This document shows, in pieces, positions 9,367-19,800 of a DNA stretch of 64,000 nt (positions are counted from its first letter, which is position 1; every line of letters starts with the position of its first letter). The notes beneath the pieces were generated by a model, which saw only the letters and a list, made by a program, of their open reading frames with translations, was not told where the DNA came from and did no database searches. The stretch is taken from positions 1-64,000 of IMG/VR virus record IMGVR_UViG_3300047160_007939, one strand, 5' to 3'. Both the position numbers and the translations under genes were made by a program. This DNA comes from a virus.

Positions 9367-10404
9367 TTACTCTTCCTCTTCTTCGCCTGACATTGCAGCG
9401 CGAAGAACCTTCAGGGCCTTCGGGCCGGCGCTCTTTCGCACCGCTACCTCGTAGTCGATGCCCTCGACCTCGGCCTGCCGGAGCGCGAGACACGCTTTGG
9501 CAGCGGTGTCGGCGTCCAGGTCTTCGGTACGCGCCGCAGCGCGGAAACTCTTCGAGAGGGTCGCGGCATTCATCGGCGGCAGCTCGGGCGGCGGCATCCC
9601 CTTCCGGGTCCTGCCGTTGCCGTTCCTGACCTCGGGATGCCCGGTGACGGGATGGCTGGAGATGGCTTTGCGAAGCTCCGTCTGCTCGCTCTGGAGCGCC
9701 TGAAGCCCTTCCATCGCCTGCTCGAACATGCTCTTGATGACGGGATCCGTCACCTCGGCTTCCGGCTCTTCCTCCGGTTCCTCGCTCGCCGCCTCTTCGA
9801 TGGACTTGAGAACGGTGGTCAGCCGGCGAACGCCTTTGGAGAGTTCCTGGGTCGCCTGGAGCTGCGCCTGTCCCTGGTCGTAGATGTGGCCGAGGGCTTT
9901 GATGATCGTCTCGTTGCTCTCGCAGACGCTCTTCAGGAACGGCACGCCGTCGAAGGCCGCTTCGCCATCCGGCTGGGAGAGCAGACTTTTGGTGACGTGC
10001 TCCGGGTCCAGCTCGAAGTCAGTGTCGTTGGCTTCCCACGGTCGGGCGCTCTTCCCGAACCCGCCGCCGGTCCCCTCGCCGGAAGGCCGGTTGTCGTGGG
10101 CCTTCTTGCCGCGCCCCATCTTCATCTTCGGCATGTCGGTGGTCGCAGCGTCGGCGTCTTCGTCTTCCTCGTCTTCGCCCTCGTGCGCGTTCGAGTGAGC
10201 GGGATCTACGTCCTCGTCGTCCTCGTACTCCTCGTCGTTGCGCTTGCCTTTGCTCCCCCGGCTTTTGGCGATGCCGTTCGCACCGTCGAGCTGGTCAGCG
10301 TAGAGGCGAAACGCTTTGGCCGCGAGGTCCGAGGTGAGCGGGCCGTCTTCGGCGGCAGATCGAAGTTCTTCAATCTGCGCTTCCAGGGTGGAAGTGCGTG
10401 GCAT
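9367..10404 (-). CDS. capsid scaffolding protein
   Basis: Acidic, coiled-coil-like 345 aa between protease and MCP; many (hydrophobic)-x-K-[AS] sites. Confidence 0.65.
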   Translation of the reverse strand: MPRTSTLEAQIEELRSAAEDGPLTSDLAAKAFRLYADQLDGANGIAKSRGSKGKRNDEEYEDDEDVDPAHSNAHEGEDEEDEDADAATTDMPKMKMGRGKKAHDNRPSGEGTGGGFGKSARPWEANDTDFELDPEHVTKSLLSQPDGEAAFDGVPFLKSVCESNETIIKALGHIYDQGQAQLQATQELSKGVRRLTTVLKSIEEAASEEPEEEPEAEVTDPVIKSMFEQAMEGLQALQSEQTELRKAISSHPVTGHPEVRNGNGRTRKGMPPPELPPMNAATLSKSFRAAARTEDLDADTAAKACLALRQAEVEGIDYEVAVRKSAGPKALKVLRAAMSGEEEEE

Positions 10405-10447
10405 TACCTAACTCCCGTGGTGGGTGGCGCAACTTCTACGGGGCGGA

Positions 10448-11293
10448 TCAACGCGCCAAGCCTTTACCACTATGAACGTCGGCCAGATAATCGGCAATCA
10501 CCAGCCCGAGGGTGACCGCCGGATCGTTGCTCTTATGGATGCGCCGCCGCCTGCGCTTTCGCCGGCCAGCCGGCTGGGATCCCAGGTCTTCGACGGCGAG
10601 GGCGGATGCGCCGGGTCCCTCGTGCGGGATGCCGCTCATCACGTCCATCGCCTTCCGTAGCTCTGCCTCGGTGAAGAGCGGCATCGTGAGTGAGCGTGTC
10701 TCCGGTACGACGGGGAAGTGAACCCTGCCGATCCGCAGCGGCCCGACCCTGCCCAGCTCCTCCATCGACTTCACGAACTGGATCGTGCCGCAGTTTTCGC
10801 TGACGACCGGGACCGGCGTGACGGCGACCGAAGTCACCATCGGCTTCGTGATGATCGACTTGTCCATCGGGTCCCGCGAGGCGACGATGCCGGCGATGGA
10901 GTACCCCAGCGGCAGCCCGCTGTCGTAGTGCTCCTTCGCCTTCCGCGCATACTCCTTCGTCATCATCAGCTCGCTCTTCATCCACGGCACGTCGATGCCG
11001 GTCTTCGGATGAGGAGCAACGAAGGTGTCGATGCCGCGCCCGATGTAGTACTGCGGATCCCTGGTCCGTTCCCAAAGGTGGTCCCAATCCACCGGGCTGT
11101 TGAGCGCCTTATGGGTCTTCAGCCCTTCCAGCAAGCCCGCCATCTGCATCGTCTCGTCCTGGAGGTCTTTGGACGGGTTCGAGAGCGGGCCTTCGATCAT
11201 CCAGTTCCCGGCAGGCGTGTCGTAGGCTTTCGCCACCGGCAGGTAAACGGAGAAGGGCTGCGCGTTCTGGCCGAGGGTGACCTTCAACATCAC
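10448..11293 (-). CDS. prohead maturation protease (HK97-like serine protease)
   Basis: DLQDE, VDWDH, GYSIAG, VAVTPVPV motifs; directly upstream of scaffold and MCP. Confidence 0.8.
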   Translation of the reverse strand: MMLKVTLGQNAQPFSVYLPVAKAYDTPAGNWMIEGPLSNPSKDLQDETMQMAGLLEGLKTHKALNSPVDWDHLWERTRDPQYYIGRGIDTFVAPHPKTGIDVPWMKSELMMTKEYARKAKEHYDSGLPLGYSIAGIVASRDPMDKSIITKPMVTSVAVTPVPVVSENCGTIQFVKSMEELGRVGPLRIGRVHFPVVPETRSLTMPLFTEAELRKAMDVMSGIPHEGPGASALAVEDLGSQPAGRRKRRRRRIHKSNDPAVTLGLVIADYLADVHSGKGLAR

Positions 11294-12519
11294 AGTCTCC
11301 AGTTTGCGCCGCCGCGCGTGCCGAACGGCGTGGCCGCGTCATCGCCCTTCGCCTGCACGAGATGGCTGCCGCCACCGTGCTTGTCGATGGCTGCCTTCGC
11401 CTCCTTCAGCGAGTTGTGGTGCGAGAGCTTCTGCCAGCCGCTCTCTCCCTTCGCTTTGAAGTGGACGACGAACGAACCGCCGCCGGTGACGGAGTAGCTG
11501 CCGGATGGCCGGCTGGACGAGAAAAGGGAACGGCCCAGGCCGGTCGGCCCGCCGCGATCCCCACCCTGCGGGATTGTGCCGCGATCCGCACCCTGCGGAA
11601 TGACGGAGCCGAACTGCTTCAGGATGCGATCACAGGCGTTGAGAGCAGAGACGGCTTTCCCGATCTGCGACATCGGCACTTTGCCTTCCACGTAGCCATC
11701 GTGCTTCTCAGCAAGCTTTTGCGCTTCTTTGCGGCTGGTAGCTGTGCCAATGATGTGCGACGTGGCCGGCCCAACGCTCGCCGATGCCCTGGAAGCGTAG
11801 TGGGCGCGAAAACCCCCACCTTCGGGCGAGATGCGATAGGCTCCGTGGGAAGCTCGCCCGACCGTCATCGCCCCCGCGCTGCCCATCCAGTCGATACGCT
11901 TCAGGATGGTATCACAGGCCGAAAGCGAGGCATCCACGCCCGCGAGCGCCTTCGCCATCTTCGTCTTCGGCTTTCGCATCCACAGGCCGGGGTCGTGCTC
12001 GGGCCACTCCTGGCCCGGCTCGGAAAGCGCGCTCTCCAGCTTCCTCGGCTTCTTCCCTTCGACCTTCCGCTCGTAGTTCGTCTCCTCGGGTGACTGACCG
12101 AGGGTAGCGACCGTGTAGGCCGCGCGTCCCAGCCGGCGAGCGAAGGTCCCTGCCGCGCCTTTCGAGACGGTGCTGGGCTTCTGGGTCCAGTGGAGCGGCA
12201 TCGTGTGGCCGCACTTCGGACACTCTTGCAGCTCTTTTCGGAAGGTGTGGCCGCAGACGTTGCAGGAGCGCATCGGGCCGGTGAAGTCCGAAGCGGCCTT
12301 CAGGATGGCATCACAGTCCGAGAGGCAGTCGAGCACCGCGACCGACTTACGGCCTGCCGCGCTCCACTTCGCCATCCGCTTCGCGCCGTACTTCCGGCGA
12401 CCAATCCAGCCGGCGAGCGCGCCAGGATCGTGGACCTTCTTCTTGCCCTTTCGTCCACGGAGCTGGCGCGTCAATCGCTTGAAGCGCCCGCCCTGGCCGA
12501 GCTTCATCTCACCGGCCAC
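11290..12519 (-). CDS. putative internal head protein with three repeated modules
   Basis: Three L.xCD.ILK repeats, Zn ribbon (CNVC..CPKC), basic N-terminus. Confidence 0.6.
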   Translation of the reverse strand: MAGEMKLGQGGRFKRLTRQLRGRKGKKKVHDPGALAGWIGRRKYGAKRMAKWSAAGRKSVAVLDCLSDCDAILKAASDFTGPMRSCNVCGHTFRKELQECPKCGHTMPLHWTQKPSTVSKGAAGTFARRLGRAAYTVATLGQSPEETNYERKVEGKKPRKLESALSEPGQEWPEHDPGLWMRKPKTKMAKALAGVDASLSACDTILKRIDWMGSAGAMTVGRASHGAYRISPEGGGFRAHYASRASASVGPATSHIIGTATSRKEAQKLAEKHDGYVEGKVPMSQIGKAVSALNACDRILKQFGSVIPQGADRGTIPQGGDRGGPTGLGRSLFSSSRPSGSYSVTGGGSFVVHFKAKGESGWQKLSHHNSLKEAKAAIDKHGGGSHLVQAKGDDAATPFGTRGGANWRL

Positions 12520-12522
12520 CGA

Positions 12523-12690
12523 CTACCCTCCCTGGATCACCGGGCCGAATAGCTTCCAGCCGATGATGGCGAAGAGCACGAAGAGAAAGAGCGATCCCCC
12601 GCCCAGCCACCAGTCCTTCGAGTAGATGCGAAAGATCCCGAAGACCAGCCAGAAGATCATCAGGATCCAGAAGAGGATACCGAGTGGCAT
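12523..12690 (-). CDS. small two-TM membrane protein
   Basis: MPLGILFWILMIFWLVFG...LFLFVLFAIIGWKLFG; GGAGG RBS. Confidence 0.6.
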   Translation of the reverse strand: MPLGILFWILMIFWLVFGIFRIYSKDWWLGGGSLFLFVLFAIIGWKLFGPVIQGG

Positions 12691-12703
12691 CGCCGCACCT
12701 CCG

Positions 12704-13324
12704 CTAGCTGCTCTCGGCCAGGATGTAGAGCACGTACTCGCCTGTACCGTCCAGCCCGGCGAAGACCGCCGTGTTCGCGGCCAGATGCGCGGCATCGTTG
12801 TTGATCGTCGGCAGCCCCACTTCCACACCGTCTTTGAGCGCAAGCAGCACCGTGCCGGGCCGAATGATCGGTGTGCCGATGCCGAGCGCGTCCCCGTAGA
12901 CAGCAGAGAAGGTCGGGTTCGCGGCGTCGGGAGGCAGGTCAACCGAGGTGATCGAGGCAAAGGCCACCTTCCCGACTGCCGCCGTCGTGCCGACATCGGT
13001 AAAGGTTTCGCTGACCGGATCGCCTGCGGCATCCTTCCCGTGGACCACCGCATCGCCGGTAGTAGCGGCGCTCGCCGTCAGCTCGATGTTGCGGGCATAG
13101 TCGGGAAGACCAAACGGCCCGGTGAGCGTCACCCCTTCGGCGGAGGTGGGAGACGCTACAATTGCCACCGCTCCCTTCGGAGCAGGGTTCTTCCAGATCG
13201 GTCGCCGGCCATAGAACCCGCTCACCAGATCGTTGAGCCGGTCGCCCGCTCCGTTCGGGCCGCGCAGGTTCATCGCCAGCACGTCGGCATCGGAGAGTGG
13301 TCCCATAACGGATCCAGCGGTCAT
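12704..13324 (-). CDS. putative structural protein
   Basis: Ala/Thr/Gly-rich ORF; AGAGGA RBS; preceded by GCCGACGTTC motif. Confidence 0.55.
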   Translation of the reverse strand: MTAGSVMGPLSDADVLAMNLRGPNGAGDRLNDLVSGFYGRRPIWKNPAPKGAVAIVASPTSAEGVTLTGPFGLPDYARNIELTASAATTGDAVVHGKDAAGDPVSETFTDVGTTAAVGKVAFASITSVDLPPDAANPTFSAVYGDALGIGTPIIRPGTVLLALKDGVEVGLPTINNDAAHLAANTAVFAGLDGTGEYVLYILAESS

Positions 13325-13471
13325 TGCTGTTCCTCTTGTCGTAAAGGGGAGCACCGCTACCTGCGCCTGCGACGGAGCTAATCAGCGGTGCTCCCCTCGC
13401 GTCAGTCGCCGATGGTATTGCCAGAAGGGATGGCTTACCACTACGAACGTCGGCTCCGGCTCCGGGATCGT

Positions 13472-13897
13472 TCAGCCGTAGAGGTGGCCCGGTGGAGGTA
13501 GACTGCCCCGGCGATCCTGCGCTCCCGCCTCGATCCGCATCGCCTCGCGCACGTCCTGGAGACGGGCGAGCGTATCGCGGTAGTCCATCATAGCGATGGC
13601 GTTCTTCTGCGAGAGCGGCGCATCACCTTCTGTAACAGCCCGAGCAAGAGGAGCCAGCCGCTCCAGCTCCATCTCCAGCTCGCCTTCCTTCTGCTGAAGC
13701 CGGGCGTAGTGGTCGCGCATACCAGCCAGGATGCGCTGGTCGTCGTAGTAGACGCGTGCCGTCTCAAGATCAAGCCGCTCTTCGAGAGAACGCAAAGTGG
13801 CATCGTCGGGAACAATGGGCTTGCCCTGACTTTCCTGCGGACTTCCCGAGGAAGAAGTTGAGCCGGTGGGGTCCGAAGCTTTCAGCATCAGCCGCAT
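13472..13897 (-). CDS. hypothetical coiled-coil protein
   Basis: AGGGAGAG RBS; N-terminal MRLMLKA motif shared with head proteins. Confidence 0.55.
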   Translation of the reverse strand: MRLMLKASDPTGSTSSSGSPQESQGKPIVPDDATLRSLEERLDLETARVYYDDQRILAGMRDHYARLQQKEGELEMELERLAPLARAVTEGDAPLSQKNAIAMMDYRDTLARLQDVREAMRIEAGAQDRRGSLPPPGHLYG

Positions 13898-16800
13898 TCG
13901 TCTCTCCCTTCGCCGCCTGTACGATCGTGTGCCAGTGCCGAAGCAGGATCTTCCCTGCGCCTGTCTCGTCAGACAGGAGAGCGCGGCGCGTCTTCTCGCG
14001 GTTCTTCTCCTGCTGGATGGTCAATCCCACGCTATCATTGCGCCTCGCCATCGACTTCGCTGCCGGCTGGCCGGCTGGCTGCTTCGGTTGGGCCGACATC
14101 GTGAGCGGCTTGTCCTGGAGGTCTTCGAGAAGCGACACCGACGCCTCGCGCTCGCCGAGGGTACGCCGGGACATCAGCGTGTGGAAGAGGTGGTCGGTGA
14201 TGTAGTTCGCTGCGTGGACCACATCCCGCCGCTGGCCGAAGCGCAGCGCCCTGGCAATGATCTGCCGCTGCTCTACGCTTGGTAACCCCATCATAAAGAT
14301 ATGGCTTGCTCCCTGGAAGTTCATCCCGTAGTTTGCAGCGTTGCTGATAGTCACCCCCGGCGTGTCGGAGCTGAAGTCATTCATCTTCCGCGCCGCGTCC
14401 TGGGTGGCCCGGTCGCTGTCTTTTCCCGTCACGGAGACGAACTTCGCTGCCTCGTCACCAATCCGCTTCTTCAGCTCGCGCTTGAATGCCGTCAGCGGCG
14501 AGTTGGGTCCAATCTCCTGGCTCCAGACGATCACCCGGCCGGGCAGGGTCTGGTCGCCGGCCTTCGTCGGTGAGTTGATGACCTTCTGCACGTCATCCAC
14601 CACCTGATCGACCACCGAGTTGAGCAGGATGCGATTGACCTTCCCATCGCGTACCAGGGCAGCCTCGGCCCGCTTCTTCGGGTCGGGCGAGGCGAGAGCC
14701 TGCTCGAACTGCTTGTTGACCTCGATCACCTTCTCGCGCACGGCTGGCGTAGTCGGCACGATCCGCAGGTTCTGGTCGGCCTGCACCAGCTCGCCGTGCC
14801 CGCCCTCTCTCGTCGGCGGAGTGTGGTAGCTGACCATGTAGGGCGAGAGCATCTGCTTCAGCGCGCTCACCTTCTCGGGCGTGAACTCGCCGCCGCCGGA
14901 TGCCTGCTGGCGCGCGAGGCGCTCCCACTGCGCGTTGAAGCGGGTCTTGCTGCCGAGCTGTTTGGGCGCGATGAAGTCGTTCACCAGCGAGTAGAGTTCC
15001 GAGCCGCTCTTCTGGACTAACGTCCCAGAGCCAAGCACCACGTACTCGGAGTTGGCGAACTCCCTGGCCGTCTTCGCCTTCTCGCTCTGCTTGTCGCCGA
15101 GCGCGGTGGCGTACTCGTGCGCCTCGTCCCCGAAGAAGGCCGTGCCGGTCGGCTCCATAAAGCCGTTGTCCTTCAGGTCTTTGATGTGGTCGCGCATCAG
15201 CTCCGGGGACATCACGATGAAGTTCTGCTCACCCGCGTTGACCCTCTCGATGGCCTTCTTGAGCTGCAAGCCGCTGTTGACGACGGCGATCCGGTTCGCC
15301 ACGTCATCCTTCAGGAACTTCTGCTTCTCGCCCGTCTTCGTGTTCGTGACCCAACCGCCCTGCCCGTTGGGACCTGCGTCGGCTACCCAATCGTCGGCTT
15401 TGTAGTTCTTCTGCTGCGCCCGAGGCTTGGCCGGCATCGTCATCACGCCTCGCATCTTCGGGTTCTCGTGCAGCATCTCGGACATCGCCGCGTAGTAGAT
15501 GGCCGTCTTGCCGGAGCCGGGTCCGTAGTTGAGTATCTCGTGCTTGAACTTCTTGATGGCTTCCACGCCCAGGATCTGGTGCGGTCGGAGCGACACCGCT
15601 TTGATCGGCTTGCCGTCCGCGCCCATCTCCGTACCGTCCTGGAGGTCGGGATTGGAGTAGGCTGCCGGCCCGAGGGTATCCATCCGGTCGCGCAGGTTCT
15701 CCACCAGCTCGTGCTTCTCCACGGCACGCTGACTGGTCGCCAGCGTCTGCGGTCGAGCCAGCCGCGTCACGCTTGCCGGCTTCACCAGGATCTGGTAGCG
15801 GTCGGCGTACTCGCCGGCTTCTTTGGCCCAGGTGTAGTCGCCTTCCCGCAGGCCCAGCTCTTTGGCTCGCTGGAGTGTCTCCACCACCGTCGATCCGCCG
15901 GGGATGACGAGCGGCTCTTTCGGGTCGTAGCGCAAGTACTGGGCGAGGTCGGCTGCGGCCCGCATCTCGCCACGGGCCACGTTGAGACGCCGCAGCCGCT
16001 CTGCGCCCATCGTTCGGGCTACTACACCAGCCTGGGCAAAGGTAACGTCGGCTGGCTCGCCCACACCTTTCAGCCCTGCCTCCTGCGCTTTCTGGATGCC
16101 GGGATCCCCGATCACCTCCATCGCGTAGCTGGTTCCGCTCCGCGTCACATTGAACTGCTTCGGCTCCAGCCCCGCCGCTTTCGCCGCCGCTTCCACCTCG
16201 GCTGCCGATCCGAACTGCTTCCCGCTGGCATCCGCCGTGATCGGCATCTTCGTGGCCGCGCTTCGCATCGCCACGTCCCCAATGTGGCGCAGCTCGCTCG
16301 CGGTCTGGAGCGCGGAGACGGCTGCCGCGTAGTTGGTCTGCTTGATGCGCGCCCCAATCTCCTCGGCTTTGCCTGCCGTGTTCACTCCCTGCTCGCGCAT
16401 ATAGGCTGCCGCGACACGCGCCGTGCCCTCGGGACCCAGCACGCTGGCGATGTCGGGATTGATGATGGCCGCACCGATGGCATCGTTCACGATCCCGTTC
16501 AGCGCGTCGGTCGCTCCCTGCGCCTGGGAGCGCGTCTGCCGGAGCGTCGAGGCTTGCGAGGCGTCGTGGACCAGCTTCGTGTTCGCGCGCACGCTGGCCC
16601 GGTTGATGGCCGTCTCCGCAATCCACTTCTGGACTTCGGCATCGCTCGGGTCCTTCGCCAGCACCTCGTCCGTGATGCCCTGGACCACATCGTACCGGCC
16701 TGTGTTGAGAGCGCGAACGATGGCTCTTTCCTGGGCGCGCTTGGTGGCGACCGACGCCAGCTCCTGGGCGGTCTTCATCATATCGCCGCCGGAGAAGGTG

Positions 16801-19800
16801 ACCTCGCGCTCCGTGCCGGCGATGTTCACCCGCATCGTCCCACCGGGCTTCTCACCCCGCTGGATCTGGTCCGCGAGCTGGTCGATCATCTGCCCCAGGA
16901 GACGCTGCCCCTCGGCGTGCGCTTCGGCTCTCGCCTGCTGCTCGGCTTCCTTCTGGAACTCGGCAATATCCACGCCGGCCTGCCCTTCCAGGCCCTTCTG
17001 GTCGAGTACCGGGTCCTTTCGAGCTTCCAGCCCTTCGAGCACCTTCTGGGCCTTCTTCTGGTCCGGGGTCTTCGTCTTCTCGTCTTTGTTCCGCAGGTCA
17101 TTCAGGTAGTCGCGGGGCGTCTGTTCTCCGGCTTGGCCGTAAATCTGCTGGGCGACCTTTGCCGCCTCCTCGCGGATGCGCTTCTCCAGGTCGCCCATCT
17201 GCTCACCGGTGAGCTTCTGGGTCATCTCGGAGAGCGCCGCCGTGTGCTTCTCTGCCTCTCCCTTCGCCTGCATCCGCAGGGCTTCGAGCCGGCGGAACTC
17301 CTCGGGCTTCTCCTCGGCGGCTGCGGCTGCGGCGGCTGCCTGCTCCTCCTTCCCGGCTTTCCGCTTCTGCTTCTGCTCTTCCGCCTGCTTGCCGGAGAAG
17401 TAGCGGTCCCCGCCGTGCAGGACCATCTGGTTCATCGCCCCACCCGCCCCGCCGACCACGGTGAGGTTCCCGCGCCCGTCGTCGTGAACCAGGACGGGCT
17501 GCCCCTCCGTACCGGGTCCCTCCGGGTGGACCGTGACCCACTTCAGGTTCATCTGGGCGATTTCCAGCTTCGAGAGCCAACCGTGGCCCTTCGGCTGCCG
17601 TGCCTTCCCCGGCCCGCTGGTTCCCCCACCGATCTTCTTCGTAACGACCTTCGGCTTTTGTGAAGCAGGTGAAGGAGGTGGAGCCGTGGTGGGTGGCGCG
17701 GCCACGGCCTTCGCTACCTCCGGCCAGAACTTTCGGCAGCGGTTACACTTCCCGTCGTCCCCCCGCTCCTGCCGCGCGCCGCAGTGAGGGCAGAACTCAC
17801 GCGGGTCTATCGCTGCTTTGAACAGCCGCACGTTACACAGCCCCTCGGCAATGTCGCTGGCATTCGCCCTGTGCCAGAGCAGCCGCTGCCACGGGCGCGC
17901 GAGCGCCTTCTGCACCTTACCTGGGATGTGCTCCACGAACTCCAGCTCGGTCTTTCGCGCCTCGTCCTTCGTCAGCTCGCGGGGAAAGTCCACCGTGCCG
18001 AAGCTCGGGTAGTTCGGGTGCTTCCTGCCACCTACCTGGACGACAGCTTCACCCTGGAGACTGAACGGGAGCTGGCTGAAGTCACGGTAGCGCATCCCGT
18101 AGCGCCAGCGTGGGCCGTGGTAGTCTTCGTCCCACAGCATCCCCTTCGAGAGCGGCTCGTTGGACAGCCGCATATTGGGCCGGTCATCGTCGGTGAGGTC
18201 TTCGCCTTCCGCCGGGCCTACGGTGTCAGGCTCAACGATCCGCAACCGCTGGGTGAGGGGATTGTAGAACGCCGGGTAGAAGACTTTGTTCCGGCCCGCG
18301 ACCCACCACTTCGCCTCGGCGGGGTTCGGCCCATCATCCGGTGCGCGGTGCTCCGGCTTCTCTTTCATCGCCTTCTCGAACGGCAGCGTGAGCTGCATCG
18401 GATGATGGAGGCGCGGCGGGTGCTGCTGGGGAAAGTGGGTGAGGAGCGGTGACCAGTTGCCGTCATCCCCCAGCACCTCCAGGTGCTTGGCCGGCACGGT
18501 CTTCGTGGAGTAGGTGTCGCCGGTGCTCTCACGGCGCATCGGATGGTTCCTCTCGTGGACGCGCAGGAGCACACTCGGTCCCTCGCCGGCAGCGAACGAG
18601 TAGGCAATGCCGGCGTTCCGGGTGAAGTAGTTCCGCCGCTCGGTCGAGCCATCCGGCCAACTGCTCTGGTCCGTACCGAAGGATGGCCGGTGTGTCTGAA
18701 GCCCTCGGGCTGCGATGTCAGGCAGATACTCTTCCACCGTTGCGTGGTAGTGGTAGCCGGCTTCGCCCTGCGTCTTTGCCGTGGGCCTGCCGAACGACTT
18801 GCCGTAGAGCTTTCGCAGCTCGGGCGTCACCGTGCCGGCCATCTCCTGCTCACGCAACTGCTTGGCCGTGGGCACTGCCGCCACCCGCGCTTTGTAGTCG
18901 GCTTCGGCTCCCGCCTGGGTCGGGTAGACACGCAGCCGGTGGTGGCCGCTCCCCAGCGTGCTCACCCTTTTGCCTGCCTTCACAGCCCGAGATGCCGTTC
19001 CGAAGTGCTGGCGCATTCCCTCTTCGGTGCTGACCGCGTACCGGGCCGGCTTGCCGGCGTGCCGGATCGAAGCGATGGCAGGCCGAAAGCCGGTGTTGAT
19101 GGTGTCCGGGTGCTCGGGTCCATAGTAGACCCTGCCGTGGGTGTCGAAGTCCAGGCCAGCCTTCTTCGGCTTCGCGCGCTCCTTCTTCGCCGCCGCGTCT
19201 CGCCGGCTGGCCGCTGCCATACTGTCATAGCCCAGGACGTTGCCGGGGGAAAGGGTTTTGACCTTCCCGCGAGCGTGGTCGATGGCTTCCTGGATGTTGG
19301 CTTTCCACTTCACCGGGTCCACGCCCCGCCGCCTCGGCGGGGGCTTCGACAGCTCGTTCTTCTCCAGCCAGTCGGCGTACTGCGCCCTTGTCAGCGTGTG
19401 GACTGCCGGCATCATCGCTTTCGCCAGCATCGCCGGCATCGCTTTCTCGAAGAACTCATCGCGGCGCATCACCGCGAAGAGGTTGTCGAACGCCTTATTG
19501 ATGCGCTTTCTCGCCAGCCCCTGTGGGTAGAACCTCCCCTCGGTAATCAGCGGCGTACCTTTAGCAGCGTGCTTCTTGTCGTCCACGTAGGCCGCGAACG
19601 CCCGCGACCACATCTCGGTCGGGTCGGTGTAGTAGCGGACATTGACCTTTCGCGCTCTCGCCCAACCCGCCATCGTCTTCGGCTTCTTGTCGATCAGGAA
19701 GCTGTCTTTGGGATCGACCTCATACTTCTCCTGGCGGATGGCTTTCACCACCCCGGCGGCGGCAACCTCGATGCTGTCCCTGGCTACCCGCTCCAGGTGG

